Below, piece after piece: positions 56,456-64,000 of a stretch of DNA of 64,000 nt. Source of the stretch: Verrucomicrobiota bacterium (GTDB lineage: Bacteria; Verrucomicrobiota; Verrucomicrobiia; Palsa-1439); assembly GCA_003164675.1 (NCBI GenBank), contig PLTX01000092.1, positions 2,296-66,295 on the forward strand, given 5' to 3'. The notes under the pieces were generated by a model, which saw nothing but the letters and a program-made list of their open reading frames with translations, made no database searches and had not been told where the DNA came from. Position 1 is the stretch's first letter. Each line of letters opens with the position of its first letter. Position numbers and translations under genes: made by a program.

Positions 56456-58222
56456 TTACTGCCACCACGGCTGATCGACCCAGTAGACGCAGATGGAATA
56501 ACCAATCACCGCGGCCGGCTCCCTGTCCAACAGAGGCTTGTACATGTCGCGCGTGGCTGCCGGAAAATAGGGGCCGCGCAGGTTGGTAACACTGACGGCG
56601 ACGAAACCGGGTAGGTTTGGGCCGGATACACGTTTGTCGTCATAAAAAGGCCCGCCGGGAAGGTACGTACAGTCGATCCCGTAATAGTCTGGATCGGCCG
56701 TGCCGAAGTAGCTCAGGTTGATGTGGTGTACGTCGTGCTGGTCCATCCATTGTTTCAAGCCTTTCAGGTCCTGTCCCCAATCGGCATTGGAATCGACGAG
56801 ATACTGGTGTCCATGGCGTGGGCCGCCGACGAATTGGTTGAAGAACGCAAGATAGTGCGGGCACACGAGGACGAATTCGACTATTGCAAAGAGACAGAGT
56901 GCGGCCAGTATGGGGCGAAGTGGCTTGGGCCGCTCTGCGCATAGTCTGGTGATGGCGTAACCGCTGAGCAACAAGGCGAACGGATAGACCGGCAGGATGT
57001 GGCGCAATCCGATATTCAATTTTGTCAGCATGGCGGCTGCCAGAAACGCCGCCAGCGGCAGTAGCGCATAGATGGCATCGTCGACAAGACGCTGCCAATG
57101 ACTCCGGGCCAGAATGACCCCGGCGGCGAACAGCACGATCACTGAGATGGGGGTTTTGATCAGGAACGCGAACGGGAAGAACCACCACCAACCATCCAAG
57201 CGGTAGCTGCCGGCGAGAAACGCGCTACGCCGTTGGGCTTTGATCTGTCCAAGCAGGAAGCCTTCATTGTACGCGTTCGGAAGCAGGTGGTGTTCGTCCA
57301 CCCACGCGACCACCCCGGTCAGTGTGGGTATGCGTTGGAGGATGCGGGGGTCCTTATGGAATTCCATGCGCCAGTTGGGTGCGGCAGATGGCAGATAGCG
57401 AAAATCGTACGCAGCCCAGATCGCCACCCACGCGGCAAGCGCGAGCGCAGCAATGATGACCGCTGCCGCGGAGAGTCTCTTCCAACGGGTGGACAGATCC
57501 GTCAATTTGCCAATGCGAACCGGCCAAGTGGACTCCTGACAGGCGCGCACGACCAGCAGTGCGAGCACCACCGGACCAAGCAGTACGGCGGAAAACTTGC
57601 TGGCTTGCGCCAGTGTGAAAAAGGCGGCCAAACCGAACAGGTTTCCCACGCTCAGGCGACGCGCGGTCCGCCACAGGAAGTAGGCAACGCCGAAAGCAAA
57701 GCATGTCACGCCAAAATCCGTGGTGACGAGCCGGCAATGCGCCAGGATGTTGGGCTCAAGGGTATAGAACCCGAGGACAACCGCGGCTGGCCAGAACCCG
57801 AACAACTCGCGCGCCCAGCAGAATAGCAGCACCCCCAGCAGCACGCCCAGTAGGACAATCATGAACCGGGCCGCGTAGAGCAGATGGTCAGCATCGTTGG
57901 AGACGTAGAGCGTATCGTGGCAAAACAGGAATTGTCCCCCCATGACCCAGGACGCGGAAGCCACCGGGTCGATCTCCTGCAGGTCCATCTTGATTCCGTT
58001 CATGCCGAGCAACGGCAACGCGGCCCACATCCGGATGAACGGTGGATGCTCCGGGTCCGTGCGGTAATCGTGAAATTTGAGCGCGCTATAGCCCGCGATC
58101 AGGTGCTGCGGCTCGTCCCAGGTGGCGGATTCGCGCACGTAGCTGCCGACAGTCAGTGCGATGAATACGATGCCGAAGATGAGCAGGCAGATCGCGAAGC
58201 GATGCCGTTCGGACAGTTTCAT
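56456..58222 (-). CDS. Glycosyltransferase family 39 / ArnT-PMT-like GT-C membrane protein (paralog 2)
   Basis: About 12 transmembrane helices. WDEPQHL motif in the first periplasmic loop. 50-60% identical to the upstream paralog. ATGA overlap with it. Confidence 0.7.
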   Translation of the reverse strand: MKLSERHRFAICLLIFGIVFIALTVGSYVRESATWDEPQHLIAGYSALKFHDYRTDPEHPPFIRMWAALPLLGMNGIKMDLQEIDPVASASWVMGGQFLFCHDTLYVSNDADHLLYAARFMIVLLGVLLGVLLFCWARELFGFWPAAVVLGFYTLEPNILAHCRLVTTDFGVTCFAFGVAYFLWRTARRLSVGNLFGLAAFFTLAQASKFSAVLLGPVVLALLVVRACQESTWPVRIGKLTDLSTRWKRLSAAAVIIAALALAAWVAIWAAYDFRYLPSAAPNWRMEFHKDPRILQRIPTLTGVVAWVDEHHLLPNAYNEGFLLGQIKAQRRSAFLAGSYRLDGWWWFFPFAFLIKTPISVIVLFAAGVILARSHWQRLVDDAIYALLPLAAFLAAAMLTKLNIGLRHILPVYPFALLLSGYAITRLCAERPKPLRPILAALCLFAIVEFVLVCPHYLAFFNQFVGGPRHGHQYLVDSNADWGQDLKGLKQWMDQHDVHHINLSYFGTADPDYYGIDCTYLPGGPFYDDKRVSGPNLPGFVAVSVTNLRGPYFPAATRDMYKPLLDREPAAVIGYSICVYWVDQPWWQ

Positions 58223-59970
58223 GGGTGCGAAGTATACCACCAATTGGTTTCGACCCAATAGATGTGAATCGAGTAACCGATGACGGCTGACGGCTTGCGC
58301 TCCAAGAGGGGGGTGTAGAACTCGGGCACTGGTGCGTCGCGATGGACGCCGTGCAGGTTTTGCACGCTCACCGCGACATAGCCCGGAAGACGCAGCCCGC
58401 GGACATTCGGGGTATCATTCTCTGGCGTGCCAGGCAGAGCCGCCCAAGGGATTCCGTAATACCCCGGATCCGCCGTGCCGAAATAGCTGAGGTTGATTAC
58501 CTCAACATGGTGGGTGTCCATCCATCGTTTGAGCGGTTTGAGGTCCTGGCCCCAATCGATATTCGAGTCGAGAAGGACCAGATGGCCATTACCTGGGCCT
58601 CCGATGATTTGATTGAAGAAGGCAAGACAATGCGGGTAGACCGTGGCGAGTTCGACGGAAGCGAGCACAACAGGGAGCAATAGAAAGCTGGCGCGCCACT
58701 TCGCACGCATCTCATCGAGCGTTACTCCCGCGATGAGAAGTGCGAATGGATAGATCGGCAGGATATGACGCAAGCCGATGTTGAGGTGCGCCATCATGGC
58801 TGTGCCGAGCAAAATGGCCGGCGGAAACACGAGGAATGCGGCGTCGGTCTTCCATCGTGCCGGTTTCTGGATCAGAAGCGCCAAACCACAAAAAAGAAGG
58901 AATAAGATGGTTAACGGAGTCTTGACCAGGAATGCCGCGGGGAAATAGTACCACCAGCCGGCACGCCTGAATCTGCCTGCCAAATACGCTGTGCGGTGTT
59001 GCGCCTTTACCTGGCTGAGAATGAAACTTTGCGCGTAGGCGTTTGGAACCAATTTGTGTTTGTCCAGCCAATCGGCGACACGCGCGACCATGCGTACCGA
59101 CTGGAGAAACTGTGTGTTTTCCTGTACGAGCAGGAGATCATGGCTGGGAGTAATCGGTCCATACCGGAAGCCATACGCGGCCCACACTGCCATGTATGAT
59201 GTGAGAATCAGGATCGCCGCGACCGCCAGCGAAACAAGCATTTTCGCGCGTCGTGAACGAAGTTCACCTCCCTCGACGAGGCGGCAGGGCCACGGATTCA
59301 CGCGAAGGACATGCACCACCAGCAACACCAGCACAATCGGTCCGAGGAGCAGCGCGGAGAATTTGGAGACCTGGGCGAGGGCGAAGAACGCCGCGACACC
59401 GGCGACGTTGCCGCAAGTGAGTTGCCGGATCGCGCGCCGCAGGAAGTACAACGCGCCGAAACTGAAGCACGCCACACCGAGGTCGGTGGTTACGAGACTC
59501 GAATGGGCGAGGATGTTGGGTTCGACACAATAGAGCGCGAGGACCGTTGCCGCCGTCCAAAATCCGAAGAGTTCGCGCGCCCAACTGAAGACCAAAATTC
59601 CCAGCAGGATCCCAAGCGCGACCATCATGAACCGGGCGCGATACAACAAGCGGTCAGCGTCGTTGAGTTCGTAGAGGAAGTGGCGACTGAATTCCCATCC
59701 GTTGGCCGAGTTCCACGACGGGCTGTTTGTATCGATCCGGACATCAGGCATAGCCAGCAACGGTAGTGCCGCCCACATGCGCAAGAACGGCGGGTGTTCG
59801 GGGTCGATACGGTAATCGTGCAAGCGCAGCGCCGCATAACCGGCGGTCAGGTGCTGCGGCTCGTCCACGGTCGCGGATTTCTGCGTGTAGCTGCCAACGG
59901 TGAGCGCGGTGAATGCCACCGTGAATGCGCAAAGTACGACCGTCGTCCGAACCCAGGCGCTACCCTCCAT
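58219..59970 (-). CDS. Glycosyltransferase family 39 / ArnT-PMT-like GT-C membrane protein (paralog 1)
   Basis: Same architecture (VDEPQHL motif). The start at MEGSAW aligns with the paralog's N-terminus. Confidence 0.7.
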   Translation of the reverse strand: MEGSAWVRTTVVLCAFTVAFTALTVGSYTQKSATVDEPQHLTAGYAALRLHDYRIDPEHPPFLRMWAALPLLAMPDVRIDTNSPSWNSANGWEFSRHFLYELNDADRLLYRARFMMVALGILLGILVFSWARELFGFWTAATVLALYCVEPNILAHSSLVTTDLGVACFSFGALYFLRRAIRQLTCGNVAGVAAFFALAQVSKFSALLLGPIVLVLLVVHVLRVNPWPCRLVEGGELRSRRAKMLVSLAVAAILILTSYMAVWAAYGFRYGPITPSHDLLLVQENTQFLQSVRMVARVADWLDKHKLVPNAYAQSFILSQVKAQHRTAYLAGRFRRAGWWYYFPAAFLVKTPLTILFLLFCGLALLIQKPARWKTDAAFLVFPPAILLGTAMMAHLNIGLRHILPIYPFALLIAGVTLDEMRAKWRASFLLLPVVLASVELATVYPHCLAFFNQIIGGPGNGHLVLLDSNIDWGQDLKPLKRWMDTHHVEVINLSYFGTADPGYYGIPWAALPGTPENDTPNVRGLRLPGYVAVSVQNLHGVHRDAPVPEFYTPLLERKPSAVIGYSIHIYWVETNWWYTSHP

Positions 59971-60051
59971 GGACGCGGATTGTACCGAGTCGCATTGATG
60001 GTAACCACAAGGACGATCTGGCAGATCAGCGGCTTGTGACACTTGAAGATT

Positions 60052-60876
60052 CTACTCCAAGAGGAAGCGGTTGATCTCCAGTCTTGTCAGGGCGCGGTCT
60101 AGGTAGTGGAACGTGCCCTGTTCCTTCGCTTCGCGCGCCGCGTCGACCAGAGCTGCCATCGCGGCACGATGGAAGGATGCCCCGAAACTGATCCGCTTGA
60201 CACCTGACGCGGTCAGTTCGGCGACGGTAAACGATTTGCCTCTGATCCCAACCATAAAATTGACGGGCTTGGAAACAGCGCTGCAGACCGCTCGCACCGC
60301 CGCGAGGTCGGGTAGGGCGGGGGCGAACAACACGTCCGCGCCAGCCTTCTCATATGCCACCAGCCGCTGGATCGTGTCGTCGAGGTCTGTGTTCCCTTGA
60401 AGGAAATTCTCGGCTCGGGCGGTCAAGGTGAACGGGAATGGCAATGACCGGGCCGCTTCCACGGCGGCGGCGATGCGTTCGGTCGCGTGACCAACATCAT
60501 AGAGGGGTCTGTCTTTGTAGCCGGTCGAGTCCTCGATGGAAGCGCCGACCGGCCCGGTTTCGGCGGCCAGGCGGATTGTTTGGGCGACGACGGAAGGTTC
60601 GTGACCAAAGCCATTTTCCAAATCGGCGGAAACGGGAAGATCGGTCGCGCTCACGATGCTGCGGGCATGCGCGAGGGCTTCCTCGCGAGTGACCCTGTGG
60701 TCGCGCCGTCCCAGAGCAGAGGCCGACGCGGCGCTGGATGTCGCGAGCGCCTGAAAGCCGAGCTGGGCCAGGATGCGCGCGGAACCGATGTCCCACGGAT
60801 TCGGGATCAACAGCGGAATCATCTGCTGGTGCAACGACCGAAATCTCTGCGCCTTGTCTGCCTGTGTCGAAGACAT
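60052..60876 (-). CDS. Isocitrate-lyase/PEP-mutase superfamily enzyme (2-methylisocitrate-lyase / carboxyvinyl-carboxyphosphonate phosphorylmutase-like)
   Basis: IPNPWDIGSARI..., SSAA..., ENGFG, IED motifs of the PEP mutase / ICL superfamily. Confidence 0.7.
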   Translation of the reverse strand: MSSTQADKAQRFRSLHQQMIPLLIPNPWDIGSARILAQLGFQALATSSAASASALGRRDHRVTREEALAHARSIVSATDLPVSADLENGFGHEPSVVAQTIRLAAETGPVGASIEDSTGYKDRPLYDVGHATERIAAAVEAARSLPFPFTLTARAENFLQGNTDLDDTIQRLVAYEKAGADVLFAPALPDLAAVRAVCSAVSKPVNFMVGIRGKSFTVAELTASGVKRISFGASFHRAAMAALVDAAREAKEQGTFHYLDRALTRLEINRFLLE

Positions 60877-60920
60877 GGATTGAATAATCCAACCTCCCGG
60901 CCAAAACCCATCATCACCGA

Positions 60921-62786
60921 CTACAGCCCGAGATTTGTGCCGAGAACGGGCTTGGCGTCTTTCTCGATGATGATCTCTCTGACCGTTTTGCCGGCGGGGA
61001 TCATCGGGAGCACGTGCTCGGTGTACGGGACGATGACATCGAGGACGTACGGCTCCTTCGAATCGAGCATCCGCTGCATCGCCGCCCGCAATTCGCTCTT
61101 GCGCGTGACGCGCTCGGCGGGGACGTTGAAGCCCTTCGCAACCGCGACGTAGTCGGGATAAATCTTGTGCGGGTTCTGCGGGTCGCCGAGGTAGGTGTGG
61201 CCGCGGTTCGAATTGTAAAACTTGTCTTCCCACTGAACGACCATGCCGAGGTGCTGATTGTTGAGAACCACAGCCTTCGCGGCGATGCGCTCGATGTGCG
61301 CCGTCGCGAGTTCCTGGATGTTCATCAGGAACGAGCCGTCGCCGTCGATGTCAACGACTTCCCTGTCGGGGAACGCGACCTTGGCGCCCATGGCGGCGGG
61401 GTAACCGAAGCCCATTGAGCCGAGGCCCGCTGAAGTCAGGAACGTGCGCGGGTATTTGAATTTGTAGTACTGGCCCGCCCACATCTGGTGCTGGCCGACG
61501 CCCGTGGTGATGATCGCCTCGCCCTTGGTCAGTTCATCGAGCAACTCGATGACGTGCTGGGGCATGATGATCTCGTTGACATCGCCCTTGAGAAATTCGC
61601 GGACGTACTGCGATTTCAACACCTCGTCCGTGACGCGGTAGCGGAAGGGGAATTGGTTCTTCCACTCGTTAATCTGCGCGTGCCAGGCTTTGAACTCCTT
61701 GCCCTTGACGACCTTGTTGAGCTGTTGGAGCGCGTACTTGATGTCGCTGACGACCGGCAGATGCGCGACCTTGTTCTTGTTGATCTCGCTCGGATCGACG
61801 TCGATGTGGACAATCGTGCCGTGCTTGGCAAATTCCCTGACATTGCCCGTGACGCGATCGTCGAAACGGACGCCGAGCGCCAACAGCAGGTCGGACTTGT
61901 CGACGGCGTAATTGGCGTAGACCGTGCCGTGCATCCCGAGCCAGCGCATGGACAGCCGATGATCGGACGGAATCGCGCCGATCCCCATCAGCGTCGTCGC
62001 GACGGGGATATTGGCTTTCTCGGCGAACTCGACAAGTTCCTTGCCGGCGTTGGACGAGATGATGCCGCCGCCCGCGTAGATGACCGGCCGCTCGCTCTTT
62101 TCGATCAAGCCCGCGATTTCATTGACCGCGATCTCGCTGATACGCTTGTCCGGGTTGTACCCGCGCAGATTGACCTTGTCCGGGAAAACCGGCTTGCACG
62201 TGCTTTGCTGGACGTCCTTGGGGATATCGATCCAGACAGGGCCGGGCCGACCGGTGCTGGCGATGTAAAACGCCTCTTTGAAGACGCGCGGGATATCCTC
62301 GACGTTCATGACGAGGTAGCTGTGCTTGACGATGGGCAACGAAAGACCGAACACGTCCGTTTCCTGGAACGCGCCCTTGCCGATCATGGCCCGCTGAACC
62401 TGCCCCGTAATCAAGATTAACGGAATCGAATCCATGTAGGCATCGGCAACGCCCGTGACGAGGTTCGTCGCGCCCGGGCCGCTGGTGGCGATCGCGACGC
62501 CCGTTTTGCCGGTGGCGCGCGCATAACCGTCGGCGGCAAACGCTCCCCCCTGTTCGTGACGCGGCAAAATCGTGCGAATGTGCTTCGAGCGGGTCAGCCC
62601 TTGGTGCAATTCCATGCTCGCGCCGCCCGGATAGGCAAATACCGTGTCCACACCCTCGCGCTCGAGACATTTCACGACGATGTCGCACCCGCGCATGGGT
62701 GTGTTCAGTTCCGCGCCGAGTTCGACTATCGGCGCTGCGGTCTTCGCCCGGCTCTTGGCCGCGGCATTTGCCTGTTGTTTACTCAT
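60921..62786 (-). CDS. ilvB: Acetolactate synthase large (catalytic) subunit, ThDP-dependent
   Basis: Very close to the AHAS consensus throughout ([51 protein letters not shown]; [16 protein letters not shown]...DIDGDGSF). No ilvN adjacent. Confidence 0.8.
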   Translation of the reverse strand: MSKQQANAAAKSRAKTAAPIVELGAELNTPMRGCDIVVKCLEREGVDTVFAYPGGASMELHQGLTRSKHIRTILPRHEQGGAFAADGYARATGKTGVAIATSGPGATNLVTGVADAYMDSIPLILITGQVQRAMIGKGAFQETDVFGLSLPIVKHSYLVMNVEDIPRVFKEAFYIASTGRPGPVWIDIPKDVQQSTCKPVFPDKVNLRGYNPDKRISEIAVNEIAGLIEKSERPVIYAGGGIISSNAGKELVEFAEKANIPVATTLMGIGAIPSDHRLSMRWLGMHGTVYANYAVDKSDLLLALGVRFDDRVTGNVREFAKHGTIVHIDVDPSEINKNKVAHLPVVSDIKYALQQLNKVVKGKEFKAWHAQINEWKNQFPFRYRVTDEVLKSQYVREFLKGDVNEIIMPQHVIELLDELTKGEAIITTGVGQHQMWAGQYYKFKYPRTFLTSAGLGSMGFGYPAAMGAKVAFPDREVVDIDGDGSFLMNIQELATAHIERIAAKAVVLNNQHLGMVVQWEDKFYNSNRGHTYLGDPQNPHKIYPDYVAVAKGFNVPAERVTRKSELRAAMQRMLDSKEPYVLDVIVPYTEHVLPMIPAGKTVREIIIEKDAKPVLGTNLGL

Positions 62787-62924
62787 CGGAGTATTGTTCC
62801 TTCCAAGGACACGGAGGCCTTAGCAGGGAAGCACTTATACACCCGAAACCGTCCCCCGGCAACGCAAATTGAACCCGACTAGAGGCGCTCCGGACCCCTT
62901 CGGAGCCCACTTCCACCCCCCTGA

Positions 62925-63005
62925 ACTTGGGTTCGTTTTTGGCTTTGTTTCCACCAGTTTTCCACGCCGGCTTGAATAAACTTGGGTTCGTTTTACAATT
63001 TTTAC
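62925..63005. repeat. AT-rich motif cluster upstream of ilvB: two copies of ACTTGGGTTCGTTTT plus TTGGCTTTGTTT (reverse complement of AAACAAAGCCAA)
   Basis: Direct repeats at about 62927 and about 62977. Shares two motif families with 53060-53200 in the opposite orientation. Confidence 0.35.
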
Positions 63006-63434
63006 TTTTTTGCGTGGTACTTGGGCCTGCGCAATCCCCCCGGGTAGCGTCAGGGACGCTCCCTGCCCCGACAACGGAGGTTTACCCCGACTTCGAGGTC
63101 GGGGTCGGGGTGAATCGCCGTGCTGTGGCCGCGCACGATGGGCGCGGATCGTCCGTCCGGCCCTCGTGGTAGGGCGCGGTGGCGCACCGCGCCATCCGTC
63201 GACCTCGCCAACCCCAACACCGATTACGAACCTTCTCATGGCGCAGAAGCATATCGCACACCGATAGCATAGTCAAGTCAAGAAATCACTACACGATCAA
63301 TGTCATGCAACCGTGTCGCATCGCATATCGAACGGGAATTGCGGCGGGGAACTGGCGGCGGGATGAGGCGGCAACAACCCCTTGGCGTCGTCGGCCGAGG
63401 GGCAAGAACAGAGCGGAAGAACGGGATGACAATA

Positions 63435-63854
63435 CTACCCGAAGCCCGCTTTCTTGAGCGTACGTTTGGCGGCGACAACGTTGGAAACATGGATGATAAC
63501 CAGGGTTTCCAGCCCGACCTTGGGAGCACAACCGTACAAGTAATCGATGTTGATGCCCCTCTCGACTAAAGCGTCGATTACCTTTGCAAGCTGTCCACGT
63601 TTAACGATGGGGCGAAGGCCGAGGACGGTTGCCGTCGTGACGGCGAAGCCGATTCGCGTGAGGAGTTCTCTGGCTGCTTCTGGATCGGACACAACCAGCC
63701 GCACCGTGTTCAGGTCGAAGCCCGGCGATGAATTGATGGCGAGGATAAGGATCCCACGACGGGCGATAGCGTCCAGCACCCTGGCCAGTTTGGCAGGTTC
63801 GTTGGGGGTAACAATTGTCAGTTCCTTCAACCGCTGCACCATTCGTTCTTGCAT
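63435..63854 (-). CDS. Tandem ACT-domain protein (small amino-acid-binding regulatory protein)
   Basis: Two roughly 65-aa beta-alpha-beta-beta-alpha-beta ACT-like units (LTIVTPNEPAKLARVLDAIARRGILI... and RPIVKRGQLAKVIDALVERGINI...). Does not look like the ilvN consensus. Confidence 0.5.
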   Translation of the reverse strand: MQERMVQRLKELTIVTPNEPAKLARVLDAIARRGILILAINSSPGFDLNTVRLVVSDPEAARELLTRIGFAVTTATVLGLRPIVKRGQLAKVIDALVERGINIDYLYGCAPKVGLETLVIIHVSNVVAAKRTLKKAGFG

Positions 63855-64000
63855 GGGCTTGTTCACTCGGCAACCTCCTGTCCCACCATGGTGGGTGCTC
63901 GAATCTCCGGCGGTCAGCATGGCGACAGCAATCTACGACGTGCGGCAAGAAATGCAACGGCAGCTCTGAACCAGTTGAGCTCCGTGTCCGGCATTCCGTC

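Noticed and set aside
62920-63010. T-box riboswitch upstream of ilvB (GTACCACGC resembles part of the T-box sequence)
   Set aside because: The specifier, stem I and T-box consensus (AATTAGGGTGGNACCGCG) are absent. T-boxes are also not expected in this kind of Gram-negative genome.

Overview
This is a 64-kb chromosomal stretch of a high-GC (about 60-65%) diderm bacterium. Its gene content resembles the Verrucomicrobia/PVC group or a similar lineage. That is an inference from a PVC-like division and cell-wall cluster that retains ftsZ, a futalosine pathway, a pyruvoyl-dependent arginine decarboxylase, and bamA-skp-lpxD. Nearly all of it is core housekeeping. (1) A futalosine/menaquinone cluster lies at the left edge. 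(2) adk and fmt follow, then an envelope-glycan trio (GT-C glycosyltransferase, GT4, WecA-like phosphotransferase), metG and an esterase. (3) A complete division and cell-wall cluster runs from about 13.9 to 33.9 kb: mraZ-rsmH-ftsL-ftsI-murE-murF-mraY-murD-(LysM protein)-ftsW-murG-murC::murB fusion-ddl-ftsQ-ftsA-ftsZ. It is preceded by a sigma70-like promoter carrying three GTGG direct repeats at 10-bp spacing, the classic MraZ operator layout. (4) Next come an orphan radical SAM gene of the AmmeMemoRadiSam family (normally found next to AMMECR1 and MEMO1-family genes), prs, rplY(ctc), pth, rpsF-ssb-rpsR-rplI-dnaB, bamA-skp-lpxD and clpB. (5) An accessory-looking stretch from 48.9 to 53.4 kb holds an FHA protein, an EVE-domain gene that appears split in two by about 1.9 kb carrying an LtaS/sulfatase-family membrane-protein gene, a TPR protein, and an AT-richer intergenic island full of repeats. 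(6) An arginine-to-putrescine module (pdaD divergent from aguB-aguA) follows, then a BFN-family nuclease, two tandem GT39/ArnT-like paralogs, a PrpB-like lyase, ilvB with a 650-nt structured upstream region, and an ACT-domain protein. I found no rRNA, tRNA, CRISPR array or transposase. The most unusual non-genic signal is a roughly 32-nt hairpin motif present in two intergenic regions 18.6 kb apart, where the three differing bases are compensatory in a stem. AT-rich motif families (AAACAAAGCCAA / AAAACGAA) are also shared between two distant intergenic regions. Coordinates of small non-ORF features are hand-counted and may be off by one or two bases.
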